In this document: positions 11,522-21,743 of the stretch, piece after piece
How the letters are laid out: the number at the start of each line of letters is the position of its first letter
Position numbering within the stretch: position 1 is the stretch's first letter
DNA from: Nitrospinales bacterium
GTDB lineage: Bacteria > Nitrospinota > Nitrospinia > Nitrospinales > VA-1
DNA: 64,000 nucleotides
Direction of reading: 5' to 3'
Assembly (NCBI GenBank): GCA_965262115.1
Contig: OZ253496.1
Location: forward strand, 1,888,001 to 1,952,000
The notes under the pieces: model-generated
Databases searched by the model: none
Told to the model about the DNA's origin: nothing
Seen by the model: only the letters and a program-made list of their open reading frames with translations
Translations under genes and position numbers: made by a program

Positions 11522-13324
11522 TCAGGCCCGACAAAGGACCTTCTCCTCTTCTTCCGCCGGCGGTTGTTTACCGCTCAGCGACTCTTTGCCAAACTTGTCG
11601 AGATACAGCAGAAAATGTTCGCGCGGCAAAGTTCCCCACAATTGCAGGGACTTGAACAACTCTTCCGCCATGCTGATGCATTCGCTGTTCATTTCCCCGG
11701 CCTCTTCGCGGGACATCCCCTCTTTAGCGACAAAATCCAGGTTCATAGCAATGTTTCTATCCGGGTCTTCGATAATGCGTTCGATGGAAAACTTTTCCGG
11801 ATACTGGTAGCAACTTGAATCCCGGTTCAGCAGGAACACTCCGGGCCCGAATGAATGAATGGAATCGATGTTGTCGCGCAGAAAGTCGATAGTCTCCTGA
11901 GCCTCGGGCCGGGTTTCGGTGGGGAACCCGAAAAATAAAAACGAATGGTTCCAGATACCCGCCTTATGGCTCTTCATCAAAACGTCCTGTTCCACTTCCC
12001 TGGTGGTTCCTTTATCGATGAGCGCCAGCACCCGGTCGTTGGCGCTTTCCAATCCGAACATCAGGAAAATGAATCCTGCCTTTTTCATTTTGGTGAATAA
12101 TTGTTCGTCCATGACCTTTTCAAACTTCAGCAATGCCAGGGAGCGGATTTCCACCCCGCGTTCGATCATCAATTCCGAAACATCGTTGAGGGCGTGCGGC
12201 GAAACCGCTTCATCGGAAAAAGTGAAATATTTCGTGTTGTATTTTTTCATCAACGCTTCCAGTTCATCGACCATGGCGTGGGTTTTCTGTTTGCCGTAGC
12301 GGTGTCCATAAACAAAACTATGTGTGCAGAAGGTGCACTTGCCCCAGTAACAACCCCGGCTCTGTAAAACAGGGATGATCGGGTATGGCGACAAGTAGCT
12401 ATGCATCGGCAAGCCGTCAAAGGTCGGGCCGGGAATATCTTCGAACCTCAGTTCCACACGTTCCTTGTTCTGCACCACTTCCCGTCCATCCAGATGTATC
12501 AGGTTGGGCACGGTCGATAACGCATCCCCGGCCTTGAGCGCGGTGAGCAATCTATGCAAGGGTTCTTCGCCTTCGAAGGTCACGATACTATGGCAAAAAT
12601 CATCAAAAAATTCCGGATGACCGATCAACTGCCCGGCGTTGACGCTGAATATCGGACCGCCTAGAGTGATATGAAGATGCGGAAATTTTTCCTTGAGTAA
12701 CCTGGCTAGAGTTAGCCCGGGAATGATCTGCGAGATGCCGACAATAGAGATGCCGACCACGTCATAGTCTGACCAGTTTTCACCGGGAATCAAAATGCTC
12801 TCATATAAATGAATGAAGGGGTTAGTCTCTTTGTCGCGGCTGGCTTCATGCGCTCTATGGGTAGACTCTTCAGCGCGAGTGCCGCTTTCAAAAGTCGACA
12901 GACTGAAAACCGCCGGTGCGTGCGCGTCGGAAACCAGTTTTAGAGCGGATTTGATCACCATATCCGCCTGCTGATACGAGGGAAAATCGAAAAACCGTTC
13001 CGGAGTTCTGAGAACTGACTTTGCCTCCTCGACGCCGGCAATGATGCGGTCGGAAAATTTTAACCCCGTCGCCAAAACATCGAGATGAGATTTTTCCTTG
13101 ATTAATAGAGAGCCCTGGTTTTTGAGCGATTCCAAACGCTGAGCCATCAGGTTTTCAGCATTTTGCAAAAGGGGCGCCGACAAAAAATGCTCGTAGGACG
13201 CTATATTAAAATCTCTTTGCTCCACCTCCCAACCTTTGGCGCGTAAATAGGCCGTAAGATAGGGCGTGCTTAAATACGGCTGCGTGGGGTACCACTGTGC
13301 CGGAAAAATCAACAAGGTTTTCAT
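11522..13324 (-). CDS. B12-binding radical SAM protein, paralog of 9501-11312
   Basis: SRGCYWGKCTFC, GLES; same MKTLLIFP start as its neighbour. Confidence 0.9.
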   Translation of the reverse strand: MKTLLIFPAQWYPTQPYLSTPYLTAYLRAKGWEVEQRDFNIASYEHFLSAPLLQNAENLMAQRLESLKNQGSLLIKEKSHLDVLATGLKFSDRIIAGVEEAKSVLRTPERFFDFPSYQQADMVIKSALKLVSDAHAPAVFSLSTFESGTRAEESTHRAHEASRDKETNPFIHLYESILIPGENWSDYDVVGISIVGISQIIPGLTLARLLKEKFPHLHITLGGPIFSVNAGQLIGHPEFFDDFCHSIVTFEGEEPLHRLLTALKAGDALSTVPNLIHLDGREVVQNKERVELRFEDIPGPTFDGLPMHSYLSPYPIIPVLQSRGCYWGKCTFCTHSFVYGHRYGKQKTHAMVDELEALMKKYNTKYFTFSDEAVSPHALNDVSELMIERGVEIRSLALLKFEKVMDEQLFTKMKKAGFIFLMFGLESANDRVLALIDKGTTREVEQDVLMKSHKAGIWNHSFLFFGFPTETRPEAQETIDFLRDNIDSIHSFGPGVFLLNRDSSCYQYPEKFSIERIIEDPDRNIAMNLDFVAKEGMSREEAGEMNSECISMAEELFKSLQLWGTLPREHFLLYLDKFGKESLSGKQPPAEEEEKVLCRA

Positions 13325-13598
13325 GATGGGTTAATGATAGCATTTTTACTATCTCAAGCCCAACAAGATAATATTTGACATCAATTTCCTGCAAAGTATA
13401 ATTGCCTGTTTATACGATACATAAAGCTTTCTGCCCCGCCGACACAGTAATCTGGCAGGGTGAAGCCATCCTGAAACCGGGTTTTCCCCCCATAGCAAAA
13501 AGGGCATAAATTCTAATTCCCCCCACATTGTTTTTTCTGGTTTTTCTCCTGGGGAATGGGGTTTTCCTGGCGTTTTTCGTCCATAAAGAGGTTTGAAT

Positions 13599-15767
13599 AT
13601 GAAAAATCTTAAAGTTTTGATCGCACTGAATATTTTGCTGTGGGTGGCACTGTCTGCCATCCCTGTGTTGGCAAAAACGGTCAAAGCCACTGAAACTGAA
13701 ATTTCACTGGTCGATGGACTTGCCGTCGATAAAAAAGGCAATATTTTTATTGCCATGCGCGATCACAACATCATAAACCGTGTGGACACCCAAGGGAATA
13801 TGACCCCATTTGCCGGTACCGGCGAGTCGGGGTTCAGCGGAGACGGTGGCAAAGCCACTGACGCAAAGCTGAAAATACCGGCCGGCCTGACCTTCGATAA
13901 AAAAGGCAACCTCTATATCGCCGACCGGGACAACCACCGGATTCGAAAAGTGGACACACGCGGCACCATCACCACGGTCGCAGGTAATGGCACCGCAGGG
14001 TTCAGCGGGGACGGCGGAAAAGCCACCGAGGCCATGCTCAACCTGCCTTCTGGAATCGCTATCGATGATAAGGGGAATATTTATATTTCCGACCGCTCCA
14101 ACGACCGCATCCGCGTCGTCAACAGTAAAGGAATCATCACCACGATCGCAGGCAATGGCATGGACGGATATAAAGGCGATTTAGGCCCGGCCACCCAGGC
14201 GCAACTGTCGAGACCCTTCGGGTTGGCCCTGGACAAAAAAGGCAATCTCTATATCGCCGATCGCGGAAACAATCGGGTCCGAAAAGTCAATCCTCAGGGA
14301 ATCATCACGACTGTTGCCGGCGATGGCAGCTTCTTTTTCATGGGAGATAACGGACCCGCCTATCGTGCCAGCATCGCAGGACCCACCGGCGTGGTGGTGG
14401 ATGATAATGGCATCCTCTACATCGCCGACCGAAATAATAACCGGGTCCGCGCGGTCGACACCCATGGAATGATCCGCACCGTGGCAGGAACCGGACAACA
14501 GGATTACAACGGTGATTCTGAAGTAGCGCGTGATACCAATTTGTACCTGCCTTTTGGGGTTGCTCTCGATCCCGATGGCAACCTGCTGATTGCTGACCGG
14601 TCACATTACCGCATTCGTCGGGTAGACCCCCGTCGCGGCACTGTCATAACTGTTGCCGGGAATGGAGTGAAGATGTTTGCCGGAGATGGCGGCCCGGCTA
14701 CCGGGGCAAATTTGAGTTTTCCCCACGGTATCATCGTAGATAAAAATGACAACCTGCTCATTTCCGATAAGGGGAATTACCGCATTCGCCGGGTTTCACC
14801 GGACGGAATCATCCTGACCATTGCCGGAAACGGGATACGGGGAAACATCGGTGACGGACTGTCGGCCCTGAAAGCCTCCATCTATGGTGCAACATCCCTG
14901 AAGCTGAATAACAAGGGAGAAATGTTCATCGTCAGCCCCAGCGGATTTACCAGCATTATTCGTAAAATAGATGAAAAGAACATCATGCGCAAAGTTTTGG
15001 GAACGGTAGATAAGGACTATCTGGAATCCATTGCCAAGAGCAAATACAAAGGCAGGGTCCAAACCGGGGAACTGGCGGTCATCACCACTTTTTCAGATAT
15101 CGCCTTTGACCATAAAGGCAATATGTTTATTTCTGATCGACTCAACCACCAAATTCGAAAAGTGTCTGCCCAAGGCGAAATTACCACCATCGCCGGTACC
15201 GGAGAGTCGGCCTATTATGGCGACGGCGGCCCGGCGAGCGAAGCCGCCTTTCGCGACCCCAGCGCTCTGACTACCGACAAGCAGGGCAACTTGTATATCG
15301 CCGATGGCGCCAATAACATGATCCGTAAAATAGACACCAAAGGCATTGTCAGCACCATCGCCGGCAATGGCAATCACGAAAACTCGGGAGATGGTGGCCC
15401 GGCATTGGAAGCGGGAATTCGCAATATGGACTACCTGGCTATGAGTCCGGCTGGCGAACTGCATATTGTCGGAATGAACACCAATACCGTAAGAAAAATT
15501 ACCAAGGATGGAAAAATCGTGACGGTTGCAGGGAAAGACTATCAAGGCTATTTTGGCGACGGTGGCCCGGCCACCAAAGCCATGCTCAAAAGTCCTTCGG
15601 CAATCACTTTCGACTCAAAAGGCAATTTATATATTTCTGATATGGGAAATAACCGCATCCGTAAAGTGGACACTAACGGAACCATCTCCACTTTTGCAGG
15701 AACAGGAACCTTCGGCTGGGCTCAGGATGGAGAAACAGTAGAAATTTATCTACAAAACTTTCCCTAA
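13599..15767 (+). CDS. Secreted NHL-repeat (teneurin-like) beta-propeller protein
   Basis: Signal peptide, then many DxxGNLYIADxxNxRIRKV...TxAGxG..GxxGDGG repeats. Confidence 0.92.
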   Translation: MKNLKVLIALNILLWVALSAIPVLAKTVKATETEISLVDGLAVDKKGNIFIAMRDHNIINRVDTQGNMTPFAGTGESGFSGDGGKATDAKLKIPAGLTFDKKGNLYIADRDNHRIRKVDTRGTITTVAGNGTAGFSGDGGKATEAMLNLPSGIAIDDKGNIYISDRSNDRIRVVNSKGIITTIAGNGMDGYKGDLGPATQAQLSRPFGLALDKKGNLYIADRGNNRVRKVNPQGIITTVAGDGSFFFMGDNGPAYRASIAGPTGVVVDDNGILYIADRNNNRVRAVDTHGMIRTVAGTGQQDYNGDSEVARDTNLYLPFGVALDPDGNLLIADRSHYRIRRVDPRRGTVITVAGNGVKMFAGDGGPATGANLSFPHGIIVDKNDNLLISDKGNYRIRRVSPDGIILTIAGNGIRGNIGDGLSALKASIYGATSLKLNNKGEMFIVSPSGFTSIIRKIDEKNIMRKVLGTVDKDYLESIAKSKYKGRVQTGELAVITTFSDIAFDHKGNMFISDRLNHQIRKVSAQGEITTIAGTGESAYYGDGGPASEAAFRDPSALTTDKQGNLYIADGANNMIRKIDTKGIVSTIAGNGNHENSGDGGPALEAGIRNMDYLAMSPAGELHIVGMNTNTVRKITKDGKIVTVAGKDYQGYFGDGGPATKAMLKSPSAITFDSKGNLYISDMGNNRIRKVDTNGTISTFAGTGTFGWAQDGETVEIYLQNFP

Positions 15768-15815
15768 CCCCGCTAGGCGCGGGGCCGGTGTGTACGTGGT
15801 ATTCTTCCTCAGCTT

Positions 15816-15874
15816 TTCCCTTGCAGGGCATAAAGGCAAGTGAAGAGGGCATCACATGTGCCTTGGAGGGGTAA
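15816..15874. repeat. Mini-element unit (15816-15856, +) abutting an inverted partial unit
   Basis: TTCCCTTGCAGGGCATAAAGGCAAGTGAAGAGGGCATCACA followed by TGTGCCTTGGAGGGGTAA. Confidence 0.65.
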
Positions 15875-15908
15875 TAACTTTCTCTGGCGAACAATGTTAG
15901 GTTCTCTT

Positions 15909-15944
15909 CCCTCCCTTCATATGGAGGGACTGAGGGAGGGTTGG
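15909..15944. repeat. CCCTCCC...GGGAGGG palindromic repeat family
   Basis: CCCTCCCTTCATATGGAGGGACTGAGGGAGGGTTGG; near-identical at ~44310-44345, related copies at ~38778 and ~51543. Confidence 0.8.
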
Positions 15945-15984
15945 CTTTATCTTTGCTGGTTTCAGTTTAGTGAAAATCAAACCC

Positions 15985-16051
15985 TGATCTTCCCCCGGTA
16001 TTGTGGACACACCGAAAAGAGTGGATAATATATTTTGGAGATTTTCAAATG
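15985..16051 (+). mobile_element. Solo IS3 left-end remnant
   Basis: TGATCTTCCCC..GTGGACAC..CGAAAAG.GTGGATAATA..TTTGGAG aligns with 6891-6958. Confidence 0.8.
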
Positions 16052-16555
16052 CAAAAACGCAACTTCGTAGCAAGATTAATTTTCATGCTTTCCCTGGTAT
16101 TCAGCAGTCAGACTTTCGCGGCCGAAACTGATGGACTCGCCAATATTCTCAAGAAAATTGACGGGCTCACCTGCACCCAACCCGAAAAGCTTCCGCAGTT
16201 TTACGCTAAAAACCTGGTGATCATGGTGGATGATAAACGTGCCTTGCTGGAAAACAGGGTTAAGGACTATCGCCAAATGATGTCTGATTTCAGGGATATG
16301 AAATGCGAAACCCAGCGTCAGGTGCTCAGCGGAACAGTCGGCAAAGATGTCAGCTATGTTTTGGTCGATGAAATTATCAGCATCACCTCCAAATCAACCG
16401 ATACCGATGAGCGGCAACACAGCGTCTGCAGTTATATGTTTACCCGGGAAGGCTCACAATGGAAGATATCGCTTGAACATTGCTCCAGTCTGCCTGATTA
16501 CAGCATAAATCCCGGAGACGATGCCCTGTACTATTTCCACAACCCGGTTTACTGA
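16049..16555 (+). CDS. Secreted NTF2/SnoaL-like fold protein
   Basis: Signal peptide; C-terminal FTREGSQWKISLEHCS typical of NTF2-like domains. Confidence 0.6.
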   Translation: MQKRNFVARLIFMLSLVFSSQTFAAETDGLANILKKIDGLTCTQPEKLPQFYAKNLVIMVDDKRALLENRVKDYRQMMSDFRDMKCETQRQVLSGTVGKDVSYVLVDEIISITSKSTDTDERQHSVCSYMFTREGSQWKISLEHCSSLPDYSINPGDDALYYFHNPVY

Positions 16556-16600
16556 TTCGCAATCAGTAGGTCGGCGGTTCAGTTCCGCCAGCTGGCTCCA
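16551..16600 (+). other. 3' half of a tRNA (Thr-like), att-site remnant
   Basis: Anticodon arm ACTGA-TTCGCAA-TCAGT, T arm GGCGG-TTCAGTT-CCGCC, ends GCTGGCTCCA; no 5' half; borders the AT-rich island. Confidence 0.8.
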
Positions 16601-16712
16601 GTATTTCAAGGTGTTGTGAGTTTTCTCATAACACCTTTTTCTATATGTAGACAGGATAACTTGGTGATTTCGTATTGTCATGCAATAAAAAAGAAGAGTA
16701 TAAATTTATGAA

Positions 16713-17372
16713 CTATTTAAAGACCGCCGCAAATACTTCTTTTCCGGGCTGAGCTTTTATAATGGTTGGGCTATTTGATCTCTTTAACACTATGGTGCCT
16801 ACCCTCATCAAAATATCCTTTTTTTCCTCTATGATATTGAACCTAAATAATGCTTTTCTTTGAATGCCGAATACCCAAAACCCTAGTTCTTCAAGTTCTT
16901 TAATTTTTTCATTGAGAGAATAAGAAATTTCTATTTTGTGTTTGGGTTCAATATCATCCCAAATTTCCCCAAAATCAGATATCTCCTGTAGAAAATCTCC
17001 AATGAGCTTTGCTTTTGTTTGGTCATTAATGTCATCATGGTCGCTTTGATACATGTCAGAGCCACTAATTATATTGATTATATCTTTCCCAGTGTGGAGC
17101 CTTGAGAGATGAAAAATATTTGGTGCACTAATCTTCTTTTCCTGGGGATCTTCCGTTGGTAGCAATTCTTCAACAGTGATTTCAAGAGCCGAAGCCAAGG
17201 CCTGCAATGTATCTAAGGCAGCGGCCCCCCCTCGCTCAATTCGTTGAACGGTCCTTTCACTTATTCCTGAGATATCGGCTAATTGCTTCTGCGGCCAGCC
17301 ACGCTTTGTGCGTAATTCTTTAATCAATTTTGCTCGCGAAATCGATTTTTTCTCATTCATAGTTGCTTCCAT
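16713..17372 (-). CDS. XRE-family HTH protein
   Basis: IKELRTKRGWPQKQLADISGISERTVQRIERG. Confidence 0.85.
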   Translation of the reverse strand: MEATMNEKKSISRAKLIKELRTKRGWPQKQLADISGISERTVQRIERGGAAALDTLQALASALEITVEELLPTEDPQEKKISAPNIFHLSRLHTGKDIINIISGSDMYQSDHDDINDQTKAKLIGDFLQEISDFGEIWDDIEPKHKIEISYSLNEKIKELEELGFWVFGIQRKALFRFNIIEEKKDILMRVGTIVLKRSNSPTIIKAQPGKEVFAAVFK

Positions 17373-17501
17373 GATTAAAAGCCTCCAAACAGTTTAAGGT
17401 TTAATTTTTTCTTAAAAGAAAAAGATAATCCATTTCAAAACTATTTGGAACGACAGGAACCAGACAGTTGAACGACATTCAAAAGTCCGAGAAAAGAAGA
17501 T

Positions 17502-17963
17502 TTAATAAAAATAATTCCAAGAAACTTCTATGTTTTTGCTATTCAATTGCGTCTCAGGAAAAGAAGTCCCAGATTGATTATTACAAATGGGAAATGACCC
17601 ATGGTTTTCTAGAAAATCCGTGAGGAAAAAACTTTCCAACTCAAAAATATTATCCGTCCCCAAGTTTCTTAATAGCTGAAATATGTGTATGGTAAATAAA
17701 GTGGTATATTTGGAGGCATAATTGGAGATAGCTTTATTACCAGACTGACCAGTTAAATGACCTCTGAGCCTACTTCCGATACTATTTTGTTTTGATTCGC
17801 TCATTCCAATATAAATCAACCTAGAAGCCTTAAACGGATAAGGAATTTGGCAATCTTCAAGGTAAATAAAATACAGACCAATGGCACCCTGAACAAACCG
17901 AACTGACTGCTCATTAAGTCTGAATTTTTCTAAAAAGCTTATTGATAACGGATTATTTAACAT
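17502..17963 (-). CDS. GIY-YIG-like nuclease superfamily protein
   Basis: GLY...IYIGMS...RLRGH...E...N arrangement. Confidence 0.55.
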   Translation of the reverse strand: MLNNPLSISFLEKFRLNEQSVRFVQGAIGLYFIYLEDCQIPYPFKASRLIYIGMSESKQNSIGSRLRGHLTGQSGNKAISNYASKYTTLFTIHIFQLLRNLGTDNIFELESFFLTDFLENHGSFPICNNQSGTSFPETQLNSKNIEVSWNYFY

Positions 17964-17982
17964 TTTCTAGAAAGATAAAAGT

Positions 17983-18174
17983 ATGGACCAAAATGATATC
18001 AAAACAGGGCAGGAAGTTGTAGATGAGTTTGTAAAATCAATTGGCCAAGAGAAGAAAGTTGATAAAGAAACCTTGGAATCCATTAAGGACCTGCACTTAA
18101 ATAATAAGCTTACAAAGACCAATCTTTTGGAAATATTGAGAAAGAAACGTGAGGAGAAACAATGCTTAGATTAA
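17983..18174 (+). CDS. Small hypothetical protein overlapping the ATPase start
   Basis: 63-aa ORF, 13-bp overlap with the next gene. Confidence 0.65.
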   Translation: MDQNDIKTGQEVVDEFVKSIGQEKKVDKETLESIKDLHLNNKLTKTNLLEILRKKREEKQCLD

Positions 18175-20564
18175 AAAGTATTGAAATATCTGGTTTTAGA
18201 GGGGCCAGATTCCCACTTTTTCTTGATTTCAAAAAGGAATGCAGAAGCATGGCAATATTTGGGGAAAATGCAAGTGGGAAAAGCACCATAACAGATGCAA
18301 TTGAATGGTTTCTCTCAGATAAAGTAGGTCACCTTTGGCGAGAAGATTGCAAAAAGGAGGCTCTAAGAAATCTAAAAATTGACGAAAAGCAAGAGTCCTA
18401 TGTAAAAACTGAATTAAATAAACAGGGATTTGAAGGAACAAGAAAACTAAGTCCAAAGCTAAAGTCACAGATTCAAAATAAATCGCCGGACCTAGACAAC
18501 TATCTCGACAAAACAACCTCAGAAAGACTTATTTTGAGGAATGCCGATTTAACGACGGATATCAACAAAACTAAAAGCCAAAAAAAGGACAAAATTGCAG
18601 ACATAATCGGATATGAAAAAATTATTCAATTCAGAAACACTATTCAATCAACCCTCAATACTCTTCAAAAAGAAACATCATACACAACTGCTAAGCAAAT
18701 TTATGATTCTAAAGTAGCTGAACTATTTAAGTTAGCCGGGAAAGTAGTTCAAACAGAGAAGGACTTTTACAAAGAGATAAATTCAAAACTAAGCTCTTTC
18801 AATCTTAATAAAAAAGCAAATGATAAGGCTTCCTATAAAGCCTGTATTTTGGAATTAAATAAAGGCATAAATCAGGAAGAGAAGGCCAAGAAAAAAATAA
18901 AATTACAAAGTTTTAAGGAAGAACTAAAGAGCATTGAACTAATACTCCCTTCGCCAAAAAAGTATGAAAAGGATTTTTTATTGGCATACGAAAGTTTGAT
19001 TAAAGAAAAAGAAAAGATAAAGCAGCTTAATCTTGAAGGTTTCCTTAAAATGGGCAAGGAAATTTTGGAAGGGAATGAAAATCAAGAAGAAGAGTGCCCT
19101 TTCTGTGGGAACGAGATTAAGTTCGAAGAACTACAGGTCGAAATAACTAAAAAATTATTGGCCCTGAAAAAAAATCGAGAAGAATTTGAAAAAATAAAAA
19201 CTCAAAAGGACTCTTACGTTAGCTCCTTGAATGAAGTGGGCAACGCGTGTTTCGCCCTAAAATTCAAGTGGGAAGGTTTGAATATTTCAGACGAATTTAA
19301 AGAATTGGTACTTGAATTTTGCACTGAGACTTCCACTCTATCCAAGATAGTTGTAGATAACTTTAATTTGTACGGCGAAATAAAGATACCGGAATTAAGA
19401 GAAAAACAAGAAGAAGTCTTATTAAAAGAATTTGGGTTGCTGGTAAAGAAAGTTGAAATTAATGAAAAGGCATTAAAGCTTACGGAGCAACAGCAAAAAA
19501 TTGTTGATGCAAATGGAGAGCTAGCAAGTTTTCGAAAAGCATTTTTTGACTATCAAGATAATTTGGAAATAAAGCAGATGTTTGAAGAACAAATTAGCTC
19601 TCTATCTTTTGTGTTTGAAGAATTTAAGAAGGTGCAGAATAAAGCTATGCAAGAAGCATTAAATAGGATGTCGGAGGATATTGGGAAGTTCTATTCAATA
19701 CTTCACCCGGAAGAAAATGTTGACTCTGTGAGGCTAGCCATTGTTGGAGAAGAGGGTGTTGAGTTTGAATATTCTTTTGAAGGAAAAACAAGACATCCTC
19801 CGATGAAATATTTAAGCGAGTCTCATCTAAATAGTTTGGGAATAGCATTATTTCTATCCTCAGTTAAACTTTTTAACGTGGGAAGCAATTACTTTATCTT
19901 AGATGATGTCGTTACAAGTTTAGACATAGGGCACAGGCGTAGGATAATAAGATTGCTAAGAGATGAATTCCGGGATTGGCAGGTAATTTTATTAACCCAT
20001 GAGTACTATTGGTTTGAGCTAATTAAAAAAGAACTTGGTCCAGAAGGTTGGATCTTTAACGAAGTAAGGTGGGACAATGAGAATGGAATATTGTTAGACC
20101 TGAGTCCGCAGAACCTTCGGGATCTGATTGAAAAAAAAAGAAAGTCCGGAGAATCGGTAGGGAACGATCTAAGAAAATTATTAGAAAGATTGTTGAAGGA
20201 AGTTTGCGAATCTTTAGAAGTTAAAGTGGCGTATCGTTCAAACGAGCGAAACGAAGAAAGAATGTCTGCTGAATTGCTAAATGCCTTGCGTGGAACCATA
20301 AATAAAAAATGCGTGCCCCTAAAACAACACCAAATATATTCTAAACTAGAGGCAGACAACTTAATTGGAACAAAAGAATCTCATGATAGGCCGGAAGCCG
20401 CAAGCTTGGGAGACGTATATGTTATTTTAGAGGATATTGACGAATTCCAGCAATTATTTGAGTGTGGGGCATGTAAAACATTTGTATCGACAGAAAGAGA
20501 TGTGTCAGGTCAAGATAAGATACTCTGTAAGTGCGGAAAAAAAGAATTAAGCTGGAAAATATAA
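18162..20564 (+). CDS. SMC/Rad50-type ABC ATPase (RloC/AAA_13-like) with zinc hook and C-terminal Cys cluster
   Basis: GENASGKS Walker A, coiled coil with CPFC, LSESH signature, ILDD Walker B, LTH, NDLRKLLE, CGAC...CKCG. Confidence 0.8.
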   Translation: MLRLKSIEISGFRGARFPLFLDFKKECRSMAIFGENASGKSTITDAIEWFLSDKVGHLWREDCKKEALRNLKIDEKQESYVKTELNKQGFEGTRKLSPKLKSQIQNKSPDLDNYLDKTTSERLILRNADLTTDINKTKSQKKDKIADIIGYEKIIQFRNTIQSTLNTLQKETSYTTAKQIYDSKVAELFKLAGKVVQTEKDFYKEINSKLSSFNLNKKANDKASYKACILELNKGINQEEKAKKKIKLQSFKEELKSIELILPSPKKYEKDFLLAYESLIKEKEKIKQLNLEGFLKMGKEILEGNENQEEECPFCGNEIKFEELQVEITKKLLALKKNREEFEKIKTQKDSYVSSLNEVGNACFALKFKWEGLNISDEFKELVLEFCTETSTLSKIVVDNFNLYGEIKIPELREKQEEVLLKEFGLLVKKVEINEKALKLTEQQQKIVDANGELASFRKAFFDYQDNLEIKQMFEEQISSLSFVFEEFKKVQNKAMQEALNRMSEDIGKFYSILHPEENVDSVRLAIVGEEGVEFEYSFEGKTRHPPMKYLSESHLNSLGIALFLSSVKLFNVGSNYFILDDVVTSLDIGHRRRIIRLLRDEFRDWQVILLTHEYYWFELIKKELGPEGWIFNEVRWDNENGILLDLSPQNLRDLIEKKRKSGESVGNDLRKLLERLLKEVCESLEVKVAYRSNERNEERMSAELLNALRGTINKKCVPLKQHQIYSKLEADNLIGTKESHDRPEAASLGDVYVILEDIDEFQQLFECGACKTFVSTERDVSGQDKILCKCGKKELSWKI

Positions 20565-20627
20565 AATTATTTCATTTAAACAGCCTAGAAAGGTACCAAG
20601 TTAAGGAAAGGGAAGCTTTGGGTGAGT

Positions 20628-21334
20628 ATGGCTTATAAAATAGGCGGTAAAGAATTCTCAAATAAATCTGAAATTACTAGTCAATGCCAGAAAATTCGTG
20701 ATGGCACCCTAGATCGGCAAGTTGTTGATGATTTATATCCAGAGTTTTTATTCGACCTTTGCAAATATCACAATGAATGGCACATGAAAGCAGAAGGTGG
20801 TGTTAGTTATATTTCTACCCAGACCACCGAGCACGGAACTCGTTGCTTTGTTTTAATAAAAAAAATGGAAGTGAAATTGATATTGGCTTCCCTTATGCGA
20901 TTAAATGTATTCTTACAAGCCGTACTTCAAAATTAACTCCTCAGAGTTTACTTGATTTTAAGAGTGCTGCAAGAACTTCAATTCAATCTCAAATATTTAT
21001 CTTTCGCGATAGGGCTCTAAATTCCGCAAAAACTTGTCCCTCTACTGGCGAAATAATAAATAGAGAAAGCTACTCCATTGACCATGTACCGCCAAATACC
21101 TTTGACAGACTTCTTTTTAACTTTAGCCGAGAAAATAGTATAAATCCTTTGAATGTTGAGGTTAATTCAAGGGAAGGTGTTGTCGCTGAGTTCGGAAATA
21201 AAAAATTGGAGTCTATGTGGCAAAAATACCATAAAGCGAAAGCAAAATTGAGAATTCTTTCTAAGAAGGGTAATTTACAGTTACCAAAAGTTCATACGCC
21301 TTGGATTGAATTGTGCTCAACCGATACGATCTGA
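20628..21334 (+). pseudogene. DUF3223/DCL-like plus HNH-like protein, frameshifted at an A8 run
   Basis: TRCFVL..GS..D.. continues across frames at 20858-20865; C-terminal CP..G...IDH.PP..F...W..YH. Confidence 0.55.
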
Positions 21335-21469
21335 AAATTAAGTAAGAGCACCCAAAATGGTACCAAAGTGCGGTATTACTGGTACGCTAGGCTTGAGTTG
21401 TTTTAGCTCCGTTCTGCCCCAAAAATCGAAGCAAAGGCTCCCTGCTCACTAGTCGCTGAGAGCTTTGCA

Positions 21470-21512
21470 TAACCCTGGATTCTTCGTCACTTTGTTCCTC
21501 AGAATGACAAAA
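21470..21512. repeat. CGTC-type repeat half; empty-site equivalent of 59375-59497
   Basis: TAACCCTGGATTCTTCGTCACTTTGTTCCTCAGAATGACAAAA. Confidence 0.8.
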
Positions 21513-21609
21513 AGTCCCCGCATGTCATGCTTCCCCTCCTACGTGGTTGAAATAAAAGCTCCATCCCTCTAATATAGCCAGAGAGAAACTTCTGGAGTCA
21601 CTCGCCGTG

Positions 21610-21652
21610 TACCCCTCTGCGGGGCATGAAAGCTAATGAAGGGGATAACACA
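21610..21652 (+). repeat. Mini-element unit
   Basis: TACCCCTCTGCGGGGCATGAAAGCTAATGAAGGGGATAACACA. Confidence 0.8.
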
Positions 21653-21743
21653 AGGGCAAATAGCAATAGCTCCTTAAGCCGCTAACACGATTTGAATGCA
21701 GATAAGAGTTATTGCTCGTCAGCCCTCCACTCAGGAGCTGTTC

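Noticed and set aside
13400..13590. Cobalamin riboswitch upstream of the B12 radical SAM genes
   Set aside because: Only a vague GGGAA..CCGGT similarity; no recognisable B12 box.
16551..16600. Functional tRNA-Ala(CGC)
   Set aside because: The 5' acceptor strand and D arm are absent; the body resembles tRNA-Thr, so it is treated as an att remnant.
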